Shown: positions 8,457 to 17,410 of the stretch, in pieces
Layout of the letters: each line of letters begins with the position of its first letter
Numbering within the stretch: position 1 is the stretch's first letter
Source of the DNA: Acidobacteriota bacterium
GTDB taxonomy: Bacteria; Acidobacteriota; Blastocatellia; Pyrinomonadales; Pyrinomonadaceae
Direction: 5' to 3'
Assembly (NCBI GenBank): GCA_046732535.1
Contig: JBKPNH010000062.1
Span: 972-64,971 of the forward strand
DNA length: 64,000 nt
Notes under the pieces: model-generated
The model's database searches: none
What the model was told of the DNA's origin: nothing
The model's input: only the letters and a program-made list of their open reading frames with translations
Program-made: the position numbers and the translations under genes

Positions 8457-8819
8457 ATGGAAGTAATTACCAAGCAACCACCGGGAGCCGTACCTTCAAT
8501 AGCTGTCGAGAACAACGACGTCTTCGACGACGGCTTTCTCCGCGTCGAGCACCGCAACTACTACGTCGCTTGCGGAGGCACGCCTCTAAAACTACCTCGA
8601 ACCGAATTCCTAATCTTCTCGCGCCTGACGCGGACACCGGATCGCATCGTCACTGCCGAGGATCTGTGGAGTTCGGTTTGGGGAGACGACAAGCCGCTCA
8701 ATTCCGAGAGTCTTCACGTTTACATCTATCGCCTGCGGGCCAAACTCGCGGATTTTGGCCTGCAAATCGAGACCATGGTCAACGTCGGATACCGGCTGAT
8801 TACTTCGAAAGCCGAGTAA
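8457..8819 (+). CDS. Stand-alone OmpR/PhoB-type winged-helix DNA-binding protein (no receiver domain)
   Basis: ATG at 8457 has GGAG 7 nt upstream. Trans_reg_C-like pattern LPRTEFLIFSRL...AEDLWSSVWG...LHVYIYRLRAKL...VNVGYRL. Only about 25 aa precede the domain. Confidence 0.75.
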   Translation: MEVITKQPPGAVPSIAVENNDVFDDGFLRVEHRNYYVACGGTPLKLPRTEFLIFSRLTRTPDRIVTAEDLWSSVWGDDKPLNSESLHVYIYRLRAKLADFGLQIETMVNVGYRLITSKAE

Positions 8820-8840
8820 TGAGGACGATTCTGACGAGCG

Positions 8841-8884
8841 TGTTAACTCAGAGTTCAGACATAGTTCAGCTAGATGTAACACCC
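8841..8884 (+). promoter_or_regulatory. Four 11-nt-phased units upstream of pstS (Pho-box-like)
   Basis: Units are tgttaactcag, agttcagacat, agttcagctag and atgtaacaccc. The perfect 7-nt repeat AGTTCAG recurs with a 4-nt spacer. Confidence 0.55.
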
Positions 8885-8947
8885 GCTCTCTAGGCTAGGC
8901 CGTTATTCGATCCGAGAAATTCACCCGACAGCACAGGAGAAGCCTGA

Positions 8948-10030
8948 ATGTGTGCCTTGACGAGAAGCGTTCGACTAATGGCGTGGGTTGCCGCGTTGAG
9001 TGTTGTACTCGCTGGAATTGCATGTAATCCCGGGGGCGGACCGGGTTCCAGTGGGTCTGTCAGCCTGCAAGGCGCGGGCGCGACTTTTCCGAACCCGCTG
9101 TATCAAAAGTGGTTGAGCGAGTATGGCAAACTGCACCCGAACATGAAGATCGATTACCAGTCGATTGGTTCCGGAGGCGGGATCAAGCAGCTCAAGGAAC
9201 AGACGATCGACTTTGGCGCGTCTGACGCGCCGATGAAAGACGAAGATCTCAAAGCTGCCCCGAGCGACATCCTGCACATTCCGACTGTGTTGGGAGCCGT
9301 CGTTATCACTTACAACCTCGCCGGGGTTAATCAAACGTTGCGGTTTTCGCCGGAAGTAGTCGCCGACATCTTTCTCGGAAAGATCAAGCAGTGGAACGAC
9401 GCGAAGATCGCTGCCGACAATCCGGGAGTGACGCTCCCTGCGAGCAACATCACAGTGGTCCATCGTTCGGACAGCAGTGGCACGTCGGCTGTGTTTACCG
9501 ACTATCTGTCGAAAGTCAGTGCTGAGTGGAAGGAAAAAGTTGGAGCGGGCACGTCGCCGAGTTGGCCCACCGGACTGGGAGGAAAGGGGAACGAAGGGGT
9601 AACCGGCCAGGTGAAAAACACGCCGAATACGATCGGATACGTCGAATTGGCTTACGCGGTGCAGAACAAGCTTCCGGTAGGCCAAATCAAGAACTCGAGT
9701 GGAAATTTCATCGAGCCTTCGATGGATGCCGTGGCAGCAGCGGCCGCTGAGTCTGCCGGCAGTATGCCCGAAGACCTGCGCGTGTCGATTACAAACGCGA
9801 CGGGAGCGCAGGCTTATCCGATATCCAGCTACACCTACATACTGGTCTACAAAGAGCAGAAGAACGCGGCCAAAGGTAAAGCGCTCGTCGACTTCCTCTG
9901 GTGGGGCCTCCACGACGGCGAAAGCTACGCGAAAGACCTTCAGTACGTGCCGCTGCCGGCGGACATCGTCAAGCGCGCTGAAGGAAAGATCAAGGCCATT
10001 ACCGCGGGAGGCACGCCGCTGCGACAGTAG
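8948..10030 (+). CDS. pstS: Phosphate ABC transporter substrate-binding protein PstS
   Basis: LQGAGATFPNPLYQKW and SDSSGT motifs, N-terminal signal/lipoprotein-like segment, AGGAGA Shine-Dalgarno, and pstCAB immediately downstream. Confidence 0.92.
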   Translation: MCALTRSVRLMAWVAALSVVLAGIACNPGGGPGSSGSVSLQGAGATFPNPLYQKWLSEYGKLHPNMKIDYQSIGSGGGIKQLKEQTIDFGASDAPMKDEDLKAAPSDILHIPTVLGAVVITYNLAGVNQTLRFSPEVVADIFLGKIKQWNDAKIAADNPGVTLPASNITVVHRSDSSGTSAVFTDYLSKVSAEWKEKVGAGTSPSWPTGLGGKGNEGVTGQVKNTPNTIGYVELAYAVQNKLPVGQIKNSSGNFIEPSMDAVAAAAAESAGSMPEDLRVSITNATGAQAYPISSYTYILVYKEQKNAAKGKALVDFLWWGLHDGESYAKDLQYVPLPADIVKRAEGKIKAITAGGTPLRQ

Positions 10031-10038
10031 AATCCTAA

Positions 10039-11010
10039 ATGGACATTCGTTTTATCCGTGTTCCTATAAGTGCCTCATTTTCGCCAACTGGAAACCTTGG
10101 CGACGCGGTGTTTCGCGTTCTCATGTTCCTCGTCGCGTTCTTCATGGTGGCGATCGTGGTAGCGATGGTTGTAGCGCTCACCGCCGACTCGATGCTTTCG
10201 ATCCGCCAGTTTGGTTTCGGTTTCCTGACGGGCCAGAAGTGGAACCCGATTGCCGGTGAGTTTGGGGCGCTGCCTTTTGTTTACGGCACAGTCGCATCGT
10301 CGCTGATCGCGCTGCTGATCAGCGTTCCTTTCTCGCTCGGCATCGCCATCTTCCTCGTGGAGCAGGCACCTCACTACATCGCGCGGCCGGTCGGGTTTTT
10401 AGTTGAGCTGTTGGCGGCGATTCCGTCAGTGGTCTACGGCCTTTGGGGCATCTTCGTGCTGGCGCCAATTCTGCGCGAATACGTCGAGCCGGCTCTGGCG
10501 AAGACGCTCGGATGGCTGCCGCTGTTTCAGGGAACGATCACGGGTATCGGCCTATTAACCGGTGGAATCATTCTCGCGATCATGGTGACGCCGATCATCT
10601 CCGCGGTGGTGCGTGACGTCCTCGCGGCCGTACCCGGTTCGCAACGCGAAGCAGCACTGGCTTTGGGCGCGACCAAGTGGGAGATGATTCGCGTCGTGTT
10701 AGTGAACGGCGCGCCGGGAATCGCCGGCGCCATCATCCTGGGACTCGGACGAGCGCTCGGCGAGACGATGGCGGTGACGATGGTGATCGGCAATCGACCG
10801 GAGATCAGTGCTTCATTGTTCGATCCGTCTTACACGATCGCGTCGGCGATCGCGAACGAGTTCACCGAAGCGACGGGCGACCTCTATTTGAGCGCGCTTG
10901 TCGAGCTCGGACTGATTCTGTTTCTCGTGACTTTTATTGTGAATGGCATCGCCCGCGTCCTCGTTTGGAATGTAACGAGAAACACCGGCGGTGTAGGCCG
11001 AGCTGCTTGA
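10039..11010 (+). CDS. pstC: Phosphate ABC transporter permease PstC
   Basis: Multi-TM permease with an EAA-loop-like REAALALGATKWE, sitting between pstS and pstA. Confidence 0.9.
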   Translation: MDIRFIRVPISASFSPTGNLGDAVFRVLMFLVAFFMVAIVVAMVVALTADSMLSIRQFGFGFLTGQKWNPIAGEFGALPFVYGTVASSLIALLISVPFSLGIAIFLVEQAPHYIARPVGFLVELLAAIPSVVYGLWGIFVLAPILREYVEPALAKTLGWLPLFQGTITGIGLLTGGIILAIMVTPIISAVVRDVLAAVPGSQREAALALGATKWEMIRVVLVNGAPGIAGAIILGLGRALGETMAVTMVIGNRPEISASLFDPSYTIASAIANEFTEATGDLYLSALVELGLILFLVTFIVNGIARVLVWNVTRNTGGVGRAA

Positions 11011-11843
11011 TGACTAACTCCGATCAAGTACGACGGGTTCGCAGCGCGATCATGACGGCGCTGACCGCGTTGTGTACGTTGCTGGCGGTTGGCGCGCTGC
11101 TGATCATCCTCGGATACATCGCATGGCAGGGAATCGGCTCGCTGAACTTTCGCTTCCTCGTCGATGTCCCACGGCCGGTTGGCGAAGGCGGCGGCATCGG
11201 CAACGCCATCGTCGGTTCGCTCGTGTTGCTGTTGCTGTCGTCGCTCTTTGGTCTGCCGCTGGGAATATGCGTCGGCGTTTACTTATCGGAGATTGGCCGC
11301 GGACGGCTTGGCGGTGCGGTGCGGTTCATCGTCGACACGTTGACGGGCATTCCGTCGATCGTGACCGGCGTTTTTGTTTACGCGATTCTCGTTCTGCCGA
11401 TGAAGCATTTCTCGGCGTTCGCCGGCAGCGTGGCGCTGGCGTTCATCATGATTCCGATTGTGGCGCGCACGACTGAGGAGATGCTCAAGCTCGTGCCGCA
11501 TAGTTTGCGGGAAGGCGCACTCGCGCTCGGCGCGCCGCAGTGGCGCGTCGTATTGGGTGTGGTGATACCCGCGGCGGCGCCGGGGATTGCAACCGGAGCG
11601 ATGCTGGCCATCGCACGTATCTCGGGCGAAACGGCGCCGCTTTTGTTTACCGCGTTCGGCAGCCGCTTTTTTCCAGAGTCGCTGAACGAGCCGATCGCGT
11701 CGCTGACGGTCCAGATCTACAACTACGCGATCTCGCCGTACGACGAGTGGCACGCGCAGGCATGGGCCGCGACGTTGGTGCTGATGACGTTAGTGCTGGG
11801 GATCAATATCGTCGTTAGGTTCTTAACGCGGAAACGTTTCTGA
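11010..11843 (+). CDS. pstA: Phosphate ABC transporter permease PstA
   Basis: The ATG at 11010 overlaps the pstC TGA (ATGA). Contains MTNSDQVRRV..., multiple TM helices and REGALALGAPQW. The ORF part upstream of 11010 overlaps pstC and is Arg-rich junk. Confidence 0.9.
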   Translation: MTNSDQVRRVRSAIMTALTALCTLLAVGALLIILGYIAWQGIGSLNFRFLVDVPRPVGEGGGIGNAIVGSLVLLLLSSLFGLPLGICVGVYLSEIGRGRLGGAVRFIVDTLTGIPSIVTGVFVYAILVLPMKHFSAFAGSVALAFIMIPIVARTTEEMLKLVPHSLREGALALGAPQWRVVLGVVIPAAAPGIATGAMLAIARISGETAPLLFTAFGSRFFPESLNEPIASLTVQIYNYAISPYDEWHAQAWAATLVLMTLVLGINIVVRFLTRKRF

Positions 11844-11858
11844 AACACGGATTTTCTG

Positions 11859-12689
11859 ATGGCTGTGCAAACTTTAGCGCCAAAAATTGAGGTTCCCGAG
11901 CGTCAGGAGTCGCCTCCTGAGCGTGGGTCCGCGAAAGCGAAGGTGGCCGTGCACGATTTGAACTTCTTTTACGGCCGCACGCAGGCGCTCCATAATATCT
12001 CGCTCGAGATTCCAGAACGCATTGTCATGGCCTTCATCGGGCCATCGGGCTGCGGCAAGTCGACCTTCCTGCGCACGCTCAATCGCATGAACGACGTCAT
12101 CCCGGCAACGCGCGTCGCCGGCAAAGTGCTGATCGACGACCACGACATCTACGAGCCGGGAACGGACGTCGTCGAGTTGAGACGCAAGGTCGGCATGGTG
12201 TTTCAGAAGTCGAACCCGTTTCCGAAGTCGATCTTTGACAACGTCGCGTACGGATTAAGGATCAATCGTCTGACGAGCAGCAGTTCAGAACTGGCGGGGC
12301 GAGTTGAACAGGCACTCAAAGACGCGGCGCTGTGGGGCGAAGTCAAGGACCGTTTGAAGACGTCGGCGCTGAGTCTCTCGGGAGGACAACAGCAGCGTTT
12401 GTGCATCGCACGAGCACTGGCGATCCGTCCTGAGGTACTATTAATGGACGAACCGGCGTCGGCGTTGGATCCGATCGCGACTTCCAAGATTGAAGAGCTG
12501 ATTTTCGATCTGAAGAAGCAGTACACAATCGTGATCGTGACCCATAACATGCAGCAGGCCGCGCGCGTTTCGGACACCACCGCGTTCTTCCTGCTTGGTA
12601 AATTGATCGAGGTGAACACGACTGAGAAGATGTTCACGGCCCCCAATGAGAAACTGACTGAAGATTACATCACAGGGCGCTTCGGGTAA
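11859..12689 (+). CDS. pstB: Phosphate import ATP-binding protein PstB
   Basis: Walker [13 protein letters not shown] signature LSGGQQQRL and Walker B LLMDEP. Confidence 0.95.
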   Translation: MAVQTLAPKIEVPERQESPPERGSAKAKVAVHDLNFFYGRTQALHNISLEIPERIVMAFIGPSGCGKSTFLRTLNRMNDVIPATRVAGKVLIDDHDIYEPGTDVVELRRKVGMVFQKSNPFPKSIFDNVAYGLRINRLTSSSSELAGRVEQALKDAALWGEVKDRLKTSALSLSGGQQQRLCIARALAIRPEVLLMDEPASALDPIATSKIEELIFDLKKQYTIVIVTHNMQQAARVSDTTAFFLLGKLIEVNTTEKMFTAPNEKLTEDYITGRFG

Positions 12690-12698
12690 TACTAAATA

Positions 12699-13358
12699 AT
12701 GGATAAACACCGTCATCTCGACGACGAACTCAGCTCACTACGCGACCGCGTGCTTCTGCTTGGCGGCGAGGCGGAACAAGCGTTGGCGCGTGCTATGTAC
12801 GCTCTCAGCGAGCGCGACAGCGACGTCGCGCGCCAGGTGCTCGAACACGACGATCAGGTCGATCAACTCGAAGTTGAGATCGATCGCCAGTGCATCGACA
12901 TCATCGCCCTGCGACAACCCGCGGCGCGAGACCTGCGCTTTGTGATCTCCGTCGCGAAGATGGCGCCCGTGTTGGAACGCATCGCCGACCACGCCTGCAA
13001 CATCGCCCGCGCCGCGCTCGATCTGAACAACGAGCCCGAACTCAACTCAGTCGTCGATCTCAGCCGCATGTCGGACCACGCGCTGAAGATGTTGCGCTCG
13101 GCCCTTGATTCCTTTACTTCGAATGACGCGGTTACCGCGCGCGAGATCATCAAGAGCGACATCGAAATCAATGATCTCTACAACCATACGTTTCATCACC
13201 TGATCGAGTTGATGGTCACCGAGCCAGCCACCGCGACGCGCGATGCGCGGCTCTTGTTCGTGGCCAAGCACCTCGAACGCATCGGCGACTACGTCACCGA
13301 TATTTGTGAACTAACGGTCTACATGGCGGAAGCCGCCTTCATCAAGCACACGACATGA
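12699..13358 (+). CDS. phoU: Phosphate signalling regulator PhoU
   Basis: Two PhoU repeats (...LERIADHACNIA... and ...LERIGDYVTDI...) directly after pstB. Confidence 0.9.
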   Translation: MDKHRHLDDELSSLRDRVLLLGGEAEQALARAMYALSERDSDVARQVLEHDDQVDQLEVEIDRQCIDIIALRQPAARDLRFVISVAKMAPVLERIADHACNIARAALDLNNEPELNSVVDLSRMSDHALKMLRSALDSFTSNDAVTAREIIKSDIEINDLYNHTFHHLIELMVTEPATATRDARLLFVAKHLERIGDYVTDICELTVYMAEAAFIKHTT

Positions 13359-14071
13359 TTCGTCCAATCCTGATCATCGAGGATGATGCCGACATCTCTG
13401 AGAGTTTGAAGTACAACTTTGAGCGTGAAGGTCTGGCGGCCGTTACCGCGCCCACCGGTGAAGCCGGGTTGACCGCGGCATTGAATGAACGCGAGCCGCC
13501 GCGCCTCATAATTCTCGATCTGATGCTGCCGGGAATGAGCGGGATCGAACTGTGCCGCCGTCTCAGGCGTGAACCGGCAACACGTCGCACGCCCATCATC
13601 ATGCTGACCGCGAAAGCGTCCGAGTCAGACCGCGTATCCGGGCTCGATCTCGGCGCGGACGACTACATCACGAAGCCGTTTTCAGTACGTGAACTGCTGG
13701 CCCGTGTGCGTGCCGTCATGCGCCGCGCCGACGAGACGATGGGCAAGACATACGAAGACGACCATCTGATCATCGACTTCGACGACATTCGAGTGGTTTG
13801 CGACGGCACGAAGATAAAGTTGACCAACAAGGAGTTCACCCTGCTGTCAGTGCTCGCCAGAAGCGCCGATCGCGTCGTCACCCGGCAGCAGTTGCTGGAT
13901 AGCGTCTGGGGCTACAGTTATTATGGCGACGCGCGCACGTTGGACGTACACATTCGCCGCTTACGGCAGAAGCTCGATAAATGCGGCGATTGCATCGAAA
14001 CAGTGGTCGGAGTTGGCTATCGTTTCGTAGGTTGTACACGTCAGGCGGCTGCGGGCAATACTATTTCTTAA
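13355..14071 (+). CDS. phoB: OmpR-family response regulator, probable PhoB
   Basis: Receiver domain (ILIIEDD...ILDLMLPGMSG...TAK) plus winged helix (LTNKEFTLL...VHIRRLRQKL...GVGYRF). Overlaps the phoU stop (ATGA). Confidence 0.85.
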   Translation: MIRPILIIEDDADISESLKYNFEREGLAAVTAPTGEAGLTAALNEREPPRLIILDLMLPGMSGIELCRRLRREPATRRTPIIMLTAKASESDRVSGLDLGADDYITKPFSVRELLARVRAVMRRADETMGKTYEDDHLIIDFDDIRVVCDGTKIKLTNKEFTLLSVLARSADRVVTRQQLLDSVWGYSYYGDARTLDVHIRRLRQKLDKCGDCIETVVGVGYRFVGCTRQAAAGNTIS

Positions 14072-14129
14072 TCCGTGTTCTCCTATGTACGTAACGCCTC
14101 GGGACGCTACCAACTGAAAGTGATTTCTT

Positions 14130-15263
14130 GTGCCCACGCTACGATCTTTTCTGGCGCTCTTCCGGCATAAAAATGAAACAAATGCACCCGGTTCCGGTGA
14201 GCCGCAGGACCTGAGCCAGTCGCCGGAGAGTTTCGCGGTGAACTCACTGTTCGAGGCGACGATGGGCAGCATGCGCGAAGGTCTGTTAGTCGTGAACAAA
14301 GACATGCAGGTCGTTGCTTCAAATCCCGCAGCCCACAAGTTGTTCAATCCTTCACTCCCGAAAATCAATTCGCAGCGTCTGACCGAGTTGACTCGCAATC
14401 CCGCGATCTACGGCGCGTTCCTCGATGCGCTGAAAGGTGTCGAGCGCAGCGGCGTGAAGGTTGAGACGCACGGTCCTGAGCGCCAGGTGTTCGATCTGCG
14501 CGTCGTTCCGATCGGCAATGTGAACGGCAACGGCGCAGCAGGCGCGCTCGGCGTCTTCTTCGATATCACGCGGCTGGAACGACTCGAACTCGTGCGGCAG
14601 GAATTTCTCTCAAACGTCTCCCATGAGTTGCGCACACCGCTCACAGCGATCCTTGCTTTTGTCGAAACACTCGAAACGGGCGCGATGGAAGATCCGGAAA
14701 GCGCACAACGCTTCCTTTCGATCATTCGCAAGAACGCCTCGCGAATGCATGGTCTCATCGACGACATTCTCGAACTCACGGCGATCGAAGGCGGTAACGT
14801 TCGACTGCGCGCGGGCACTGTGGATCTTCATGCGGCGGTCGCCGACGTCTGCGCTTCGTTTGCCGCCAAGGCTTCGGGACATGGTGTTTCTCTGGTCAAC
14901 AAAGTAGATGCCGCGGTGACGGTCTATGCCGACGAGCGACGGCTGGAACAGATGCTCACGAACCTGATCGACAACGGGATCAAGTTCAGCCGCGAAGGCG
15001 GAACCGTCACGATCGGGCATGAGGACGGAGAGCGGGACAAGATCCTCGTAGAAGACAACGGCGACGGCATTCCCGCCCAGCACCTGGAAAGGCTTTTCGA
15101 ACGTTTTTATCGGGCCGACCGGGCGCGGTCGCGAGAGATGGGCGGCACCGGCCTGGGACTGGCGATCGTCAAGCACCTGGCGCTACTGCACGGCGGCGAG
15201 GTGACAGTCAATTCTGAGCTTGGAAAAGGCACGATTTTCACCATCCACCTGCCAAAACGCTAG
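14130..15263 (+). CDS. phoR: PAS-containing sensor histidine kinase, probable PhoR (no predicted TM segments)
   Basis: H-box SHELRTPLTAI, N-box NLIDNGIKFS, and G-boxes DNGDGI and GGTGLGLAIVK. GTG start; the exact start is uncertain. Confidence 0.8.
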   Translation: MPTLRSFLALFRHKNETNAPGSGEPQDLSQSPESFAVNSLFEATMGSMREGLLVVNKDMQVVASNPAAHKLFNPSLPKINSQRLTELTRNPAIYGAFLDALKGVERSGVKVETHGPERQVFDLRVVPIGNVNGNGAAGALGVFFDITRLERLELVRQEFLSNVSHELRTPLTAILAFVETLETGAMEDPESAQRFLSIIRKNASRMHGLIDDILELTAIEGGNVRLRAGTVDLHAAVADVCASFAAKASGHGVSLVNKVDAAVTVYADERRLEQMLTNLIDNGIKFSREGGTVTIGHEDGERDKILVEDNGDGIPAQHLERLFERFYRADRARSREMGGTGLGLAIVKHLALLHGGEVTVNSELGKGTIFTIHLPKR

Positions 15264-15318
15264 AAAACCAGCGGAAAATTGTTAGTTCAAATTGACGCCT
15301 CATAAATGTAAAACAATG

Positions 15319-15348
15319 TTGGCAAAATCCTCCGGGGTCTGCCATAAT
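15319..15348 (+). promoter_or_regulatory. Sigma70-like promoter candidate TTGGCA-N18-CATAAT
   Basis: Read directly from the sequence. It lies about 108 nt upstream of the small ORF at 15456. Confidence 0.25.
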
Positions 15349-15455
15349 GCCGCCTGCAACTTGCCCTCAGTTAGTCCCCGACGCCCCAAACAGGCCTCAA
15401 CAACTACTCACCGGTTACGTTTTAGAAGACAGACTAGCGTCTGGGGAGATGCAAT

Positions 15456-15650
15456 ATGCGAATCCGACGAGTATTTCGTTCTGCGTCGACGTTCGTGAGT
15501 GGACTGGCCGGCGCGCTTGTTAAAGCAGTGTTCATGAGTATGGTTGTCGGCGTTGGCCTCATTTCGATCATGCACTACATGGGCGTGCCTGTTCCCAGCG
15601 CTCATGAACTGCTGGGCGGACTTTCGAGATTGGCGCGCATCAAGTCGTAA
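15456..15650 (+). CDS. Small membrane protein (64 aa), hypothetical
   Basis: GGGGAGA lies 6 nt before the ATG. One hydrophobic helix, LVKAVFMSMVVGVGLISIM. Confidence 0.35.
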   Translation: MRIRRVFRSASTFVSGLAGALVKAVFMSMVVGVGLISIMHYMGVPVPSAHELLGGLSRLARIKS

Positions 15651-15672
15651 TCTGATCCGCGCCAATCCGTGG

Positions 15673-17226
15673 TCAGAACTCGAACACCAGTTGCGGCTGC
15701 CAACGATAGGTTGTCGGCGCGAAGTCGCCGAGCGGGACGAAGAAGTTTGGATACTGTCCGCTGCGTCGCAACGAGTTCTGGATGTAGATCAGGTTCTCGA
15801 AAGTCACTTTGTCGGTGATGCGATAGTCGAACCGGAAGTGATGCGTGCGGATGTTGACGCCCGTGTTAGTTCCCAGGTCGTCGTCAGTGAATTGCGAGAT
15901 CAGGGCGTTCGCTCCTTTGATGGCGAAGACGTAGCGGAAAGCCATGTCGCCTCGTTTTGCGCCTTTGCCGCTTTTACCTACTTGTAATGCCGTCAACAGC
16001 GCATCCCGTTCGTTCAGGCCGGTCGCGACATTGCGAGCCAACTGAAGGTTGAACGTGACGGGGAAATCGCGCTTGCCGTATTTGAATCCCGCGTAGTTGA
16101 GACCATACGTGAGTCTGGCGATCTGGAAACCGGGGGCTGTGTAAATCGCTCCGCCGGGAGTGGTCGTGGCGTTGCCGGTTCCGGGAAGCGGTCCGGACAG
16201 AGCGAGTCCGAGACCCGGTTGGACCAGCACTACCAGCCCTTCCAGAGTAGACGCGAGTTGGATCTGGTTTGGCTGGCGGTAGAGCTGGATGTCGCCGCCG
16301 ATCTGGCTGGACCATCGCTCGTTGAACTTCTGATCCGCCAGCAGTCCCTGGTGGAAGAGATTTGCGGAGCGTCCGGTGCTGCCCACGATTGCGCCCGCGC
16401 GCGCTAACGCACTGTTGGGCGTTACCACGGCTACCACCGGGTTCGTCAGAATGTATTGTCCGGCGCGAAACTCGACTTTCGAGAAGCGAAGCGCATTTGA
16501 CTTGAGCGTCATGGCGTAACGTTCGTTGAAGCCGTTGAACCGGATGTCGTCGTCGAAGAGAAAACGGGAGTTGTCGGCAAAGACGTCCGGGACGCGGCCG
16601 CCTAGCAGCTCAAGTGACGGAGTCGGGTTGTAGGCGATCCAGATCTCGCTCAACGAAAACGGCGGACGCGCGCCGAGCGATGTGAAATCCTGGTTGGTCG
16701 AGAGTGGATTGTTGACCGGGCCCGTGGCTAGCTGCGCGTGGAACTTGAGGTTCTGATAAATGTTTGCGTCAAGATTGAGCCGGAAACGATACCGGACTCG
16801 TGCGTTCTGGACGTGCTCGAGCGGTGGATCCGGAGGGTCGGTCGGCGAGCGGAAGGTGCCGTCGAAGCGCAAACGGAAGTCGCCGCTGAAGCGAATGGGC
16901 CCGAACTTCTTGATGTCGTTTTCGACCTTGTCGAGGCGCTTTTCGACGGCTTGTGGTGGTGCGGCGGCCACGGTATCGGGAGACTTAGTTTCTTCCACAG
17001 ACTTAACGGATAATTTGTCGAGTAACGCCTGAATCGCCAGGTGTTGCTCGGCGATGGTCTTTTGTAATTGATCCAGTTTGGCGTTTTGGCGTTCCAGCTC
17101 GCTTTCGAGGACTCGAATGCGTTCGTTAACACTCGGTTCCGGGGGATCTACGGGCTTAATCTCTTCCTGTGCGAGCGTGCAGTGGCAGCCAAACGCGATA
17201 AGGGCGATAAGTAAAATGGATCTCAT
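15673..17226 (-). CDS. Outer-membrane beta-barrel porin with N-terminal coiled coil; possibly phosphate-selective
   Basis: Second Met gives the signal peptide MRSILLIALIAFGCHCTLAQ, with GAGGA 7 nt upstream. A heptad-like segment is followed by alternating beta-strand patterns and a C-terminal ...QLVFEF. Pho-box-like repeats lie upstream. Confidence 0.65.
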   Translation of the reverse strand: MRSILLIALIAFGCHCTLAQEEIKPVDPPEPSVNERIRVLESELERQNAKLDQLQKTIAEQHLAIQALLDKLSVKSVEETKSPDTVAAAPPQAVEKRLDKVENDIKKFGPIRFSGDFRLRFDGTFRSPTDPPDPPLEHVQNARVRYRFRLNLDANIYQNLKFHAQLATGPVNNPLSTNQDFTSLGARPPFSLSEIWIAYNPTPSLELLGGRVPDVFADNSRFLFDDDIRFNGFNERYAMTLKSNALRFSKVEFRAGQYILTNPVVAVVTPNSALARAGAIVGSTGRSANLFHQGLLADQKFNERWSSQIGGDIQLYRQPNQIQLASTLEGLVVLVQPGLGLALSGPLPGTGNATTTPGGAIYTAPGFQIARLTYGLNYAGFKYGKRDFPVTFNLQLARNVATGLNERDALLTALQVGKSGKGAKRGDMAFRYVFAIKGANALISQFTDDDLGTNTGVNIRTHHFRFDYRITDKVTFENLIYIQNSLRRSGQYPNFFVPLGDFAPTTYRWQPQLVFEF

Positions 17227-17295
17227 CGATGAATCCTCGGGCCAGGTTGTTGATGGTGCTTGAGAACGGCGTAGCATATGACGCCGGTCTTAATT

Positions 17296-17328
17296 TTGTC
17301 TTGCTATGAAATTACATCTATGTGAACA
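17296..17328 (-). promoter_or_regulatory. Pho-box-like phased repeats upstream of the porin gene
   Basis: The minus strand reads tgttcacatag, atgtaatttca, tagcaagacaa. GTTCACATAGATGTAAT (17327 to 17311) matches pstS-upstream 8864-8880 at 14/17 positions. Confidence 0.45.
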
Positions 17329-17338
17329 GAGAGGATCG

Positions 17339-17367
17339 TTGACAATGCCCTGAGCGGCGCTTACTAT
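17339..17367 (+). promoter_or_regulatory. Sigma70-type promoter TTGACA-N17-TACTAT for nuoA
   Basis: Consensus -35, a 17-nt spacer and a good -10, 44 nt upstream of the nuoA ATG. Confidence 0.5.
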
Positions 17368-17410
17368 TTTCCCGTTCAATAACTTTCTCCCGCTCTTCCT
17401 ACGTACGAGG

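Noticed and set aside
8975-9913. 312-aa ORF antisense to pstS
   Set aside because: It overlaps the clear pstS CDS and has no motif or Shine-Dalgarno sequence.
10677-11009. N-terminal 111-aa extension of the pstA ORF
   Set aside because: It overlaps pstC in another frame and is Arg/Asp-rich. The ATG at 11010 overlaps the pstC stop and begins the recognisable PstA sequence.
15292-15498. 68-aa plus-strand ORF after phoR
   Set aside because: It has no ribosome-binding site, an Arg/Ser-rich composition, and overlaps the better-signalled small ORF at 15456.
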